Assembly (NCBI GenBank): GCA_050273025.1
Contig: CP158635.1
Location: 1,364,001-1,428,000 of the forward strand
Direction of reading: 5' to 3'
Length of the DNA: 64,000 bases
Source of the DNA: Cenococcum geophilum
Taxonomy: Eukaryota
Of this stretch, positions 1 through 12,609 are shown one piece after another; within the stretch, counting starts at the first letter, position 1; each line of letters opens with the position of its first letter. The notes beneath the pieces are model-generated. The model ran no database searches. It was not told where the DNA came from and saw nothing but the letters and a program-made list of their open reading frames with translations. The position numbers were made by a program, and so were the translations under genes.

Positions 1-561
1 CTTCGAAAATGGAAAGACGGCACAAAATGCTGGCTTCCCGGTGGAGTGGATGGCGGTGCAGCGCAGCATCAGAACAAGGGAGTAACACGTGTGGGCCAGC
101 ACCCTCCCTGCTAGCTCGAGCCAAAGCTTGTTCATTCAATTTCGCCAAGTTCGCTAATGCGTCCCGATCACACTACGCGAAGTCATGGGTTTTTTCTCCT
201 GGTCCTACGATTTGCTGAGCGGCTCACGGCTCGCGAACGAGGAGCAGGGATTAGGCACGTTCCAGATGTGTCTTTGTCCCCACCCCAATTTTGCAAATAT
301 GCACGCTAGAGGGACGCCATTAGTGTCGCGGGGGAACCGGGATGGTGTCCAGACGCACTTTCTCGCCAGATGGTGCACCGCGAGATGCTGCATGCGAACC
401 TCCAACCCGTGTGAGTAACTTGGTGGAGGGATGGTTGTTGGGGGCTGGAGGTCACCAAAGACTTAGACCCGTCCCACAACCCTCTTCAGACTCGTGCTCC
501 TGATCGTTTGGGACCGCACAAGTTTGTTCGTTGAATTATCAACCGTGTTGCACGTTTCACC

Positions 562-2427
562 ATGGCTGACCGCGAGGTAATTGAGTTAGCCGTCCATAAA
601 GACGCGGAGCGCGGCGACCCAGTGTCTCCTTCGATGAGTGAATCGTATGCAATTTCGAGGCGGCAGCAGTTGGATGTGAGTGTCCGGTGTCTGAACAAAT
701 GAAGCAGACAGCTTCTGACTGCCCTCTAGACGTTCATTACCGTGAAGCCTGCTGTGGCCTTTGGCCTGACGCTCCTCTCCACCTGGGAAGGCATTGGCAT
801 CACCATCGGCGCCGGCTTGCTCAATGGAGGCCCGACTGCCCTCGTATGGGGACTGTTGTTCGCAGCGATCGGGTCCACCGCAATTGCTCTCAGTCTTGGT
901 GAGATGGCATCGATGTGAGTACTTGCGTGAAGGCCAAAGGCCTCCGTTTCGCTGATCGCTTCGAGAACTCCTGTGGTAGGGGCGCAATATCGCTGGACTG
1001 GGCTCTATGCTCCGCGTATCATGACTCCCGCTTTTTGGAGCTTGCTTCAAGGTGAGTTTGTGCTCCTCGAAACGTACCGCACGAGAACGGAGCTAAAAGT
1101 TGGCAGGATGGTTGACGGTGAGCTCATCCTGGCCCTGTCCGATAACCCCAAAGCTCAGTCCACTAATATCCTCCTAGACCTTCGCCTGGATCTCCATCTC
1201 TGCCTCAACAGCCTACGTCTGCGGTGCAATGACACAAGGACTGATCGGGTTGAACAACCCCACGTACGTTCCCAAGCTATGGCACATTACGTTGCTGATG
1301 TGGGCATATCTCGCTCTCAATGTAATCCTAAACGTATATGGTAGGAGGCTTCTGGTTACTGTCGAGATGTTTGGCGGATTCATCCACTTGGCGTTCTTTG
1401 TAGCAACAGTTGTGACTCTTGCAGTTATGGGACCGAAGAGCTCTGCGTCATTTGTGTTTACAGAGTCGTTCTTTGGACAGAGCGGCTGGTCGAACAAGAC
1501 TGTTCAGTGGTGTTTGGGTTTGCTAACGAGTACATCTCTTCTAACTGGTAAGATTAAGGATAATCTATTGCTGTGCCGACATGGCTAATTGCGCCTAGGC
1601 TTCGACGGAGTGCTCCACTTAAGCAGCGAGATGAAAGACGCACCAAGGAAGGTCCCACAGAGCATGGTCCTTGGCGTGCTCATCAACGCACTCCTCGCCT
1701 TTGCCTTCGTTCTCGTCCTGCTTTTCTTCATGGGCGACCCCATGGCAGCACTCATGACCCCCACCGGATACCCAGTGATCGAAATCTATCTTCAAGCAAC
1801 CGGATCAATCACTGGCGCTACGGTATTAACCTGCTTTATAATCGTACCAGCTGCGGTGTGTCAGTTCAGCATCTTTGCATCCGTGACTCGTCTGGTGTGG
1901 GCATTTGCTAGGGATAAAGGCCTTCCATTTTCCTCTTTCTTCAGCGTTGTACGACCACCGCCCCTGTCTGAAGAGTCATTATAACTGATATCGAGCAGGT
2001 CCACCCAACGCTGCGCATCCCTATCCGCTCCCTCGGCCTTGTTGGGATCATCTGTGCCATAATCGGCCTCATTACCGTCGGCAGCACCGCCGCCTTCTTC
2101 GCCATCATCTCGCTCGGCGCTATCTCGCTCTACATCTCCTACCTCGTTCCAATCCTCCTCTTCCTCCTTCGGAAGCTCGAAGGGCGGCATCCTACATACG
2201 GCCCGTGGAACCTGGGCAAATTTGGAATTCCCGTCAATATTTTTGCGGTTTGCTACTGCATCTTTGTCATTATTTGGCTGCCGTTCCCGTCGATGCTGCC
2301 GGTTACGGCGAAGAACTTTAACTATGCGGGGCCGATTATGGGCGCGGTTATTATTATTGCGCTAGCGGATTGGTTCATTAGTGGCCATAAAAGGTTCCAG
2401 GTCCCGACGGATCCTAACAAGGATTAG
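562..2427 (+). CDS. APC-superfamily amino-acid/choline/GABA permease, 7 exons (562-675, 730-914, 966-1051, 1107-1117, 1178-1547, 1599-1948, 1999-2427)
   Basis: The spliced frame is open from ATG 562 to TAG 2425-2427. GT..AG introns have CTRAY-like branch sites. Family motifs: LLNGGP..SLGEMAS, GAQYRW, GWLT.FAW, GFDG..H.SSEM, SVTRLVWAFARDKGLP, NYAGPI; many hydrophobic segments. Confidence 0.93.
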
Positions 2428-2711
2428 GCAGAAGGTTAGAAGCGGCGTGGAACAGGATACATTCACTAGAGGCGATAAGAAGTAGCAATAAAAGAAGGGT
2501 TCGTGTATGATGGACATGCATATGGAAGCAATAGTACAGATCGTGCAGAACCTCACCTTATTTCGCCTAAGGAGACTAAGTCTATTCAGAGGTCACTGCC
2601 AGAGTGCTAACAGAATCTGAATATGCCGCGAAGCGGCTTTTCCTAAAAATAAAACTGGCTTTCCCGGATGCTAGACCAATTTCTCGCCTCCATATCCCAA
2701 TCAGCACACCT

Positions 2712-4530
2712 TCAATATCTCGCAACCTTGAACTCTACCATTGGCCCTTCCCTCATAACCCCTATACAATCCACCATCTGCCACTCATCCACCCTCCTCC
2801 TGCCCACTTCCAAATCCCGGCTTCCCTCCCCAAGCGTGTCCCCCTCCGCCTGCCTAAAGTCAAACTTCCACAGAAGATGAGCCAACGCTATCTTATACTC
2901 CAAGTACGCCAAAGGTTTACCGATACAGCCTCTGATACCTAGACCAAACGGACAGAAGGCCCGGCGCGCTATGTTAACACTCGCCTGAGTTATACCGGCT
3001 CTTTCATCGACGAGCCAGCGCTCGGGACAGAAGGACCAAGGATCAGGGTAGTAGTCTGGGTTATGATGGATAGAGTAGGCGGGCACGCCGACAACAATGC
3101 CGGCGGGTATGTGGTGACCATCGATAACTAACCCTCCAGGAAGAACTTCGCGAGGGACATGGCTGGGTTTTGGAGGTGCGCGACGCAATGTCTCTTCCAT
3201 AACGCCGTCTAGGTATTTGCAGGAGTCCAGCTTCTCTCCGGTGCGGATTTCGTCAGCGGATTGGAAAGTCGAGCGAACTTCGGCGGCAGCTTTCTGGAGC
3301 GTGCTGGGATTGTGAAGGAGGTAGAAGAAGGATGCTGCGAGCGCGGTGGCAGTTGTATCGGCGCCGGCGGCGATGAAGAGGACGCTGTCAGCGAGGAGCT
3401 CTGCCTTTGACAATGCCACACCTGTCTTAGGGTCCTGTGCGTTGAGGAGATAGTGCATCATATCCTTCCGTAACGGCTTGCCTTCGGCTTTTGCAGCTTT
3501 TTCAGCCACAACTTTTGCTTCCAACTGCTCGAGGCCGTAATTGACAAGTCGGACATTATCCTGTACCGACGGCCCACCGATTATTTCCATAAATTTGCTG
3601 TTCATGATAGGAGCCAGATACCTGGCACCGGGTAGGAAGGCGAACTAAAATTCTATCAACGAGAGCAATCCCAGACGGTCGCGATTAGTAGACACGACTC
3701 ACCCAGTACATGTACTTATTTGCAGACATAATAGCCCTCGAGATATATCGATTATCCTCTTTCTCCAAACAATCAAATTTCTTCCCAAACGCTAGATCCC
3801 CCATAACGTCGAACGCCATCCAAGTACACCACGCGCTCACATTCTTCTTTTCACTCCACTCACCCTCTCTCGGCGCAATTACCTCACAAAACTTCTTCAC
3901 ATGCGCCAAAATAAATTCCTCGGCCTCCTTCAGCGTATTAGTGGAAAAGCACTGCGCAATAAATCTTCTGCGAACAATATGTCTCTGCTTGTCGATTTCT
4001 GTGGCAATACTGAAGGCTCCAGAGCCAGCATCGAGGGTGCGGTACCATTCAGATTTGCAAACGTTGGTTTTCTGGGGGCCGTAAATGGTGTTGAGGGCCG
4101 TTGAGGTATTGAAGGAGAGAGTGTTGGGACCTATGCGGACGATTTGACCTGAGGATGATGTCAGATAGGCAGAGAGAGAATAGGGAGTGGGAAAGGGCTA
4201 GGGGTGGTGAAAGAGGGGTTACCGTATTTCTTGTGGTCCAGAAGGTGGTGGATGTGTCTATTCCCGCCCATGCATTGGAAAATGAGGGGCCAGTTAGAGA
4301 GTTTGTAGGATAATGGCCCTGGATACTTCGCGAGAGGATGAAGCGTAACACGATATCCAGACTGGACAACAAACTATGCAATGTCAAAACGACTGTGAAG
4401 TCTATAATAAAATCAGTCGACATGGACGCACGAATATTAATATTGCAATGCAGCCATAACTAATCAACCTTGAAATCGGTACAGTTAATGTGGCTAAAGC
4501 TACCTCTTTCAATTGCAGGAGAAGATCCAT
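2712..4530 (-). CDS. Cytochrome P450 monooxygenase, 4 exons (4530-4432, 4373-4223, 4148-3703, 3644-2712)
   Basis: N-terminal membrane anchor, HPLAKYPGP, KKYGQIVRIGPN, I-helix AAGADTT, EETLR (ExxR), PERW and heme motif FGLGIRGCIG. Canonical GT-AG introns keep the frame. Confidence 0.95.
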
Positions 4531-4899
4531 AATCAAAGGTCCTTGGAGGAAACAAAACATACAATCAAGAAAAGAGAGGATGGCATAAATAGTTGCCATC
4601 TTTATAACTATCGAACCCCGCCCACTTCGCTTGGGGATCGATCCCGCGAGTCAGCTGCGCCAGAGAGCCAGTACCAGCGGCCTCGGCACACTGACGCTAA
4701 ACTGCTTTTGCAAACACGGTCAATTCTATGGCGGCCACGAAAGCCTACTGGACACGTCCTCCTCGTTGTGTATCAGGCCTCAGACCCGGCCCGAGCATAG
4801 CCGGGCCCCTAGCGCAGTTAGGGCAGAACTTGAGGCGCTCTTATTAATACTAGTCTCTGTCGAAGAAAATGCCACTTTCCTTTAACTAATTCGCTATCT

Positions 4900-7320
4900 A
4901 CTGGCCTTAAGTCTACCCTACCGTCTAAGGGTCTTCAGTGCGGAACTTATAACGCTTTAACTTTAATTTAAGAAATTTTATACAAGAGATACTCTCTCCT
5001 ATATATTTAACTATACCTCTTACTAATTATTAAAGCCGAATTAGGAAATAATACAGCCCCTCTCTCTAGTATAACTTTAATATTAAGTAATTCCTTAAGG
5101 TATAAGTTATAGAGGGTATTAATAATAGATTAGGTAGTTTCTATATTAGTTAGCGGATCTTATTATTTTATTTTATTTTAAAATAAGTAGAGGTTTATAT
5201 AGCTCTTTAATTATCTAGTTATATATTAATAAAAGATATTTCCGTAATAAAACTTACTTAAGAACTTAATATACTACTTAGGCGGTTATATTTTAATAGA
5301 TTTAACTACTTTACCTCTATAGAGTACGTTAACTTCTTTTAAGTATTAGAAAAAACCAACTTGACTACTCCTATATAGACTACTCTATTTAAAAAGCTTA
5401 TAAACAATTAACGCTAGGGCAAAAGTAGTTATAAAGAGTTATAAAATTCTAAAATATTCTAATAATAGTTATATTTAATTACTTCTATTATTTATAGAAG
5501 TTGTGCGCCCTCCCCCCTCCCCCTCCCACTACCATTAATTTCTTTATAAAAATATTAGGAATATACTTACTTAAAAGTGGTATTAAGCGTCAAGTTATCA
5601 AGGTATTGGCTAGGCCAAGTCCTTATAATGGTTATAAATGCATTAATTAATACCTTATAGATATTGCCAATAATATAAAGATTTAGCCCCTAGCTTATAT
5701 TTTATATAGCTAGCTAATAAATAAAAATATAAGTTACTAAGCCTTATAGTTAACCCTTAAGCGTTACTAGGCAACGATAACCTTAACTTTAAGGATAACG
5801 TTAGAGACTAAGTACTTGGGCCTTTTAGGATAAGAATATATACTATAACTACGACGCTTTATAGTATCTCCTATTCTATAAGCTGGTTAGCAAAGCGCTT
5901 TAACTCGCTAAATATGGGGACCCTCTCTCCTATATAGCACGGGTAAGCATTTCCGTCTAATACTTTATATTTTAGAATTAGATACTATCTAATATAAGTC
6001 TCCAAAGCCATAAGATAGTTAAAGTTAATATATATTTTATTTGAGTAGTATATAATTAGGTCTTAAGAGAAGTTAAAAGGTTATAGCGCAAGTCGCTATA
6101 TTGCTATTAGTAATACTACTTACTTTAAAATATTTAAAATATATTTAAAAAGACGCGTTAAGAAATTTTAAGCTTTAATTTTAGAACCTTATATTAACTA
6201 AAATATATAAATAAGTATATAGATAAATAAAGAGGCTCTTAAAATATAATTAATATCTAATACGGTCCTAAACTTAGTCTATATATATAAATACTAATAA
6301 GTTAGATATAAAAAGCCTTTAGGGGAGACGTAAGTGGTAATATAGCGTATATCCCTCTAGATAGTACCTATAATATATTAACGAGAGGAAAAATACTATT
6401 AGGTTACATTCTAAGACTCCTATATAGGAGAGTCCTAATTGCTTATCTTGCCCTATCTGCCCTTTATACTATACTTCTATATTATTATAAATTGCTATTA
6501 AATATTATTGCCTACCTACTCCTAGCCTTTTACTATCCTATACGCATATCCGCGTCGCCTATAGTCCTCCTACTTATAGCTAATAATCCAGCCCTACCCT
6601 AACAACCCTCTCTAAGTTTCTTACCTCCTATCTTCCTATATCTAATGGCGCGCTTAACCTAGTACTAGCTATAAGGGTATACTAAGCCCCTATAGCCGAG
6701 TACCCGCTTTGCCAACGTATTAAAATATATTAGGTAGATTAAGGTATGGAGGGAGTAAAGGGCGGTTTTTTATATAAATATATCTATTATATTATACTAC
6801 GTACAATACTGCGCATATAGTCTCTAGGCTATAGCCCTATAGTTTTATATATATAAATCCTTTTTAGGCAGCTCAATATGTACTAGTAGCTATAGAGGGC
6901 GGTTTAGATAAAAGGCTTATTATAGGCCCCCTGCCTGCGGGGTATATACGGTTTAGCTATATATAGGTGCCGTACGGTATATCGTCATACGGCATAAGAA
7001 GAAGGGGATCGCTGCCGTAGGTGGATGCCGTGATTCGAGCATACTAGATGTGTACGTAAAGACGTGGTAGTCGTGTACGTAAAGACGTGGCAGTCGTGTT
7101 CGTAGGCCTCCGCTAGGGCTCACCCTCCCAGCAAGAAAATTCTTCGCACCACGCCGCAGCGCCGGCACTACGCAGCCGTACGTACGTCTCTGCGTTTACT
7201 CTAGTAGTCTATTAGCACGATCCTAATAGAACGCCAATAGTAGCTACTAGGTTCCCAGGCTCTACCGCGTAGAAGTATAGAGCCCGATTTTATAGAGCCC
7301 AATATAATTAATTACCTATT
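4900..7320. repeat. Heavily RIP-degraded repeat of undetermined class
   Basis: RIP composition. There is a 23-bp tandem duplication (gtgtacgtaaagacgtggYagtc) at ~7049-7100 and a doubled tatagagccc motif at ~7276-7301 that may be a terminus. No protein motif could be read with confidence. Confidence 0.35.
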
Positions 7321-8287
7321 AAAGTAGTTAACTGGTTAACTAATAGATATATTACTCTTTAGTAGTGTCGCGTTCTATTAATAAGTCGACCCTTCTATAT
7401 TTTTATACTAAAAGCTTTTAAATAATAAGTTAGATAGTTTTACTGACTTAGTTAATTAAGGTATAAATATAGTAGTAAGATATATATATGCCTATATAAT
7501 TATTAGTCTATTAGCAAGGATTTAACGTTAGAGAGGGGAAAGGAGAAGAATAGTAACGCCGCCTAAAGTAGGGTTTTTATACGGTCCCCTAGTCACTTAA
7601 AGGTCTAGGTTTATTAGGGTAATAACTATAAAACTCTTGGAGCTTATAGGGACTACTTATAAAGTTCTAAATATAGTCCAGATTATATCCTTTCTAACTT
7701 ATATAGTACTTTAGCATTCCTCTTATAAGTTTATAAGCTAGTATTTCTTTAACTTCCTACTTATCTTTACTGTTAACTTAGATTAGTAGCGGGGTAGGTT
7801 AATCTAACTAGGTAAAGGGTCTATAGCGGCCTTTCGTAGCTTAACTAGCAAGGGGGTATGCTATACCTTAATTAAGTCTAAGAGTTTAATCTTATACAAG
7901 CTGCCTACTTTATTAAGAATCTTATATAGTCTTACTATTTAGTAGTTTAGCTTATAGCTAGGTCATTCTATCTTCTAGTCCTTTATTATAATATAGACTA
8001 TATCGCCTACAGTAAAGCTAGGTTTACGCCTATACTTATTTACTTATTATTCTATTAATTTCTAGACATTTTCTAGATTTATATAGGCTACTTTCTAAGC
8101 TTCTTCTAAGCGTTTAGTATATTACTAGACCTCCTTATTAGATAGCCTTTTATATACGGTCTATAGCTCTTTTAGTCTATTTTAGTAGAAGCTTATATAT
8201 AGTAATACTCTACTTCTAGCTAAATAGGTATAAATCTCGTAGAGTTATAAGGTAGGGTCGCTTAGGCGTAGTCTATTAGAGGTAGCA

Positions 8288-8449
8288 TTAGAGGGCTTTG
8301 CCCTCTATAAAGGAAAAGAACAAAAATATATATACGCTCGCTCTATAAGGTACTATAGTAAGGGGTAGAGCCAAAGGCTCTCTAAATATATAAAAGGGGT
8401 ACTAAGATACCTAATTGAAATATACTAAAGAACTGTATATACTACTATA
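8288..8449 (+). mobile_element. 162-bp insertion with 6-bp TSD (gtagca); possible 5'-truncated LINE/SINE 3' end
   Basis: Interrupts the Gypsy integrase frame, with gtagca at 8282-8287 and 8450-8455. It ends in tactacta and contains two small hairpins. Confidence 0.5.
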
Positions 8450-11400
8450 GTAGCAGTTCGGCCTAGTTATTCTAGAAGTAGTTAATAAAGAGCCGAAGTC
8501 TTTAGTCTAAGTATTAATTTATAATCTCTATTTAACCGTCTATTTAGAGGTAGTATACTATAGAAAGCTTTAGTTTAATACCTAGGATTTAGGCAGGCTT
8601 GTTCTAAAAGGCTGATATAAATTACAATCTATAATTAGATATAATAGTATTTAGTAGTCCGTAAATTTAGTAGATATAGTAGATATATAGTTAGGCTACT
8701 TCTTTAGTATTAATATTCTTATAGTAGGGGATTAAAAACGGGCACTTAGTAAAGCGGTTAACTAAGATTATAACTATATCGTATCTGTTGCAATCTATAG
8801 GTAGCTCGCAGAAACCTATAGAGATATGCTACTAGGGGCGCCCAAGTATTAGGAGTGGTTTTAACAGTCTTAGGGTTTTATCTCGTAGAATTATAGATCT
8901 ATAATAGTTATTGTAGTTCTGTACGTAGCGGTTAATATTTATAACTGTCTTAGGCTAGTGTTAATAGCTACTTATAATTTTATTAGTCTTATTCTTTCTA
9001 GGGTAAGCTATAGATATCTAGGTATATACTTCGGCGATAAGCTACATCTATAAGTTCTATTCCTTAGCTACTATTACCTATGCCTAGTACTTAAGTGGCC
9101 CGTTTTAAGGGTATATGGACCAGTATTATCCTTTCCCCTTTTACAGTATTCTTGTAGAGAGAGAGAGAGCTATACGGTTTACCTATATAGTTTATTAATA
9201 AGGTCGAGCTCTGAGTTAATAAAATATATCTTAGCGCCTAAGAAACTTATACTTAGTTTTACCTATATTTAAGAGTTAAATTACTTTTACTATAGTAATG
9301 TCTAAGTCTATAATATAGCTTTTACAGCTATCTAGTTATCTAGGTCCTATTTACGTCTTATAAGAATACCTATACAGTTATAACGCCTAGCCTATATATA
9401 ATTAGAGAGTTAAATTAGAATAGAATATCTGCCTAGCGCGTCTACTGGGCTGTAAGGGCCTTTATTATTATAAAACATTTAAGCCTTATAATCTAAAACT
9501 ACTTAAATAAGCTTGGGGGGCCCTTCTAGCTATATACGCTAGTATTTAAAACTAGAGATAATAGCTAGGGTAATTTAGCTTAGTATCTATTATAGTCTTT
9601 AGGTAGTAGATAATAGGGTTCCGTTCTTTATTTTTAGCTATTATACTATCTAAGGCATTAGTTTCTAGTATTAAGGGCCATTCTAGGTAAAAGTAAGCTA
9701 GTAAAGGAGTGGAGGCTAGCTGTTTTCAAAGCTTATTAAAGGCCTACTTATATATGACGTTAAAGTAGGAGGGTTAGTCTTTTTTAGTAAGGCAGCTAAG
9801 AGGCTAAGCGATTTTCCTATAGGCTTTAATAAGGCGTTAATAAAAGCTATAGAAACCTAAAAACGATTATACTCCTCTAACAGTCTAAAGAAACTCCTAC
9901 TAGTTAATTACAGCCGTTTTTCCTAGGTTAGTCTTTATCCTATCCATACTAATAATAAACCCTAGGTACTTTATACGTTTAATACTAAACTTTAACTTTT
10001 TAATATTAGCCTAGAGGCTAGCCTTATAGAGCTATTAGAGGACTTTATAGATATACTTTTTATATTTTAGCTTATTCTTAAAATAGATTATAATATTATC
10101 TAGGTAGGCTATATAGAAGTTATTAAGGTAGTTAAAAAGTATATCGTTTTTATACCGCTAGTATATAGCCAGTCCGTTAGTTAGCCTAAAAGGTAATACT
10201 TTATATTTATATATTTTATAATAGGTCTAAAATATAATAAGATCCTCTAAGCTAGGGTCTATTTTAATTTAGTAGAAGGCCTAGCGGATATTAAGCTTTA
10301 TAAAGACCTTAGCTCTACTTATTTAGGCTAGTATCTTATTAAGTAGCGGTAGTAGATAGCGGTCCTTATAGGTTATATTATTTAGCTTATAGTAATTAAT
10401 ATAGAAATAGAGTCCTCTATTTAGCTTTTTAGTAAAGAAAATAAGTAAGTTAAAAGGGGCTTAGCTAGGCTTAATAAAACCCTTATTTAGGTTATTAATA
10501 AGGTACCGCTTTATAGCCTATAATTTAGTAGTAAACTACTAGTAAAGGGGACTAAAGCTAAGGGTATTTTCCTTATTTAGCTTAATCTTAATTTTATAAT
10601 TATATAGTCGGTAAGGCGGGAGCCTATTAGACGCTACTTTAAAGAATATATCCCTAAACTTCTAGTATTAATAAGGTAGTTTTTATTCTGCTAGCTCCTT
10701 ATCTATAAGCTCGCCTTCTTATCCATTAAATTTACTTTCCTTTTCCTTAAGTATTTAGTTAATTTTATATAAGCTAGTTATAAAAGTAATAGTATTAGGC
10801 TAGACTAAGTTCTAGTAAAATCCCACGGCGCTAATATAGTAGATATTAATTAGTAGAAGGTCCGTAGGTTTCCCTATAGCCGTTTACTAGACCATATTTT
10901 ATAATTTAGGGTTTATAATCTTTCTTAACTCCTATTCCATCTTCTATAAGTTATCTCTCTAATTTATTAGTTTAGTACAACGTCTAATATCCCTTACTAT
11001 TTTTTATAGCTATATAGGGCCTAAGCTTTCTATAGGGGGCTTTTTTTAGGTTATTACTAACTTTTTAGGTTTTTAATGCGGGTAGTATAAATATAGGTGG
11101 TTTAGGGACGGCATAGTATATAAATCCGTTATAGATTAAGCTATATACCTTCCTTAAAGGTTTAGTTCTTATATATAGTATTAACCTAGTAAATAGTATT
11201 AATCTAGGGCCGTATAAGGTTTTCTATTATAATACTAATTTCTTTTATAAAGGAAGAGGTTAGGGGTAAGGTTTTAGGCTAAATAAGCCGTTTACTTTAT
11301 ATATTAAGCCATAAGCCTAAATAGGCTAGCTATTTTCCCTTTAAGATTATATTATAGCTTTCTAGGTCCATAATAAAGAAGGGGATATTATACTACCTTT

Positions 11401-12609
11401 ATCTGTTAATATAAAGGTAAATCTATAAAATAGTTATAATAGGTAGCCCTATCTGTCTATTATACCTATAAATAGAAATTAGTTTAGGCAGTTCTTTAAA
11501 GGGTATATTTAAAAAGGTAGCTCGCTTTATAGAGTATTAGGTATCTATTAAAGTAAAGATATTTACTCTAAAGTTAGCTAAGGTAAAGGTTAAAACTTAT
11601 ATTTATTACGGAATAAAGTATAAGTATTAGTAATATAAGGTGATATCACGTATCTACAAGTTGTAGGTAGTATAATAATTGTTATTCTATATTCCTCTTG
11701 CTTAAGGAAGGGCAAAAAGCTTAGGGCTCCTCGCCACATTAGTGCCGCGACGACACGTAACGGAAACTTACCTTACGTAACGGCAACTTGCCTCGCGTAA
11801 TAGCAACTTACCTATATTCCTAATACTAGCAACTCTTTGTTTATAGTTGCTATCTATATATATATACCGCTCGACTAGCGTAATAAATATTAATCCTCCT
11901 TACTTACTATTGCTATTATAATATAAGTCTCACTATCCTAAAATTTACCTCTTAGTACGTAGTACTTTCTTACTTAGGAGTTACAGGTAGATATCTTGTT
12001 AAAAGGGCCGCTAAGGCGCTAGTAGTAAGTAAGCTAATAGCAATTTTCTATCTTAGGGATAGAAAATCCTAATTAGCTAGTTTAAGTTAGGGCCTATAGA
12101 ATATTATACTCCTACTCCCTTTTAACTTAACCTTTAACTTATATATATAAAGTATTTGTATTAACAAACGTCTCTAGTACCTTATTTGGGTTTGCCTTTA
12201 TTATTACATCTACTAGGTTATTTTAGCTATTAATTTATTAAATCTTAAAGAGTTTTTAACGCTTATAGGATTGCTAAAGTGCCATAATATCGATTATAAG
12301 CCACCCCTCCTTTATAGTACTAAGCTTAACTAAATACTTATAAAGGGAATATAAGTCGGTGTATATAATTATAGGGATAGTAGGAAATTTAAGTTAATCT
12401 ATAATTATCTTCAGGGTAGTTCCAATTATAATTGCTATATTAACTCCGCTAACCATTTTATATATCTCTAACGCTAGAGCGCTTTAAGTAACGCGCTTAC
12501 TTTTAGTTAAGCTCTAGTAAATAAGATTGCTATAAATTATAAAGTTATTCTCTCTAGTAAATTTGTTTGTAATAATAATCTTATATTCTAGTTAAGAGCT
12601 AAAATCTTT

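Noticed and set aside
562..4530. Secondary-metabolite gene cluster call
   Set aside because: No PKS, NRPS or terpene synthase gene is in the window; two genes are insufficient evidence.
9..4885. Overlapping alternative ORFs around the permease and P450 genes
   Set aside because: They are shadow frames of the two spliced genes or short intergenic ORFs.
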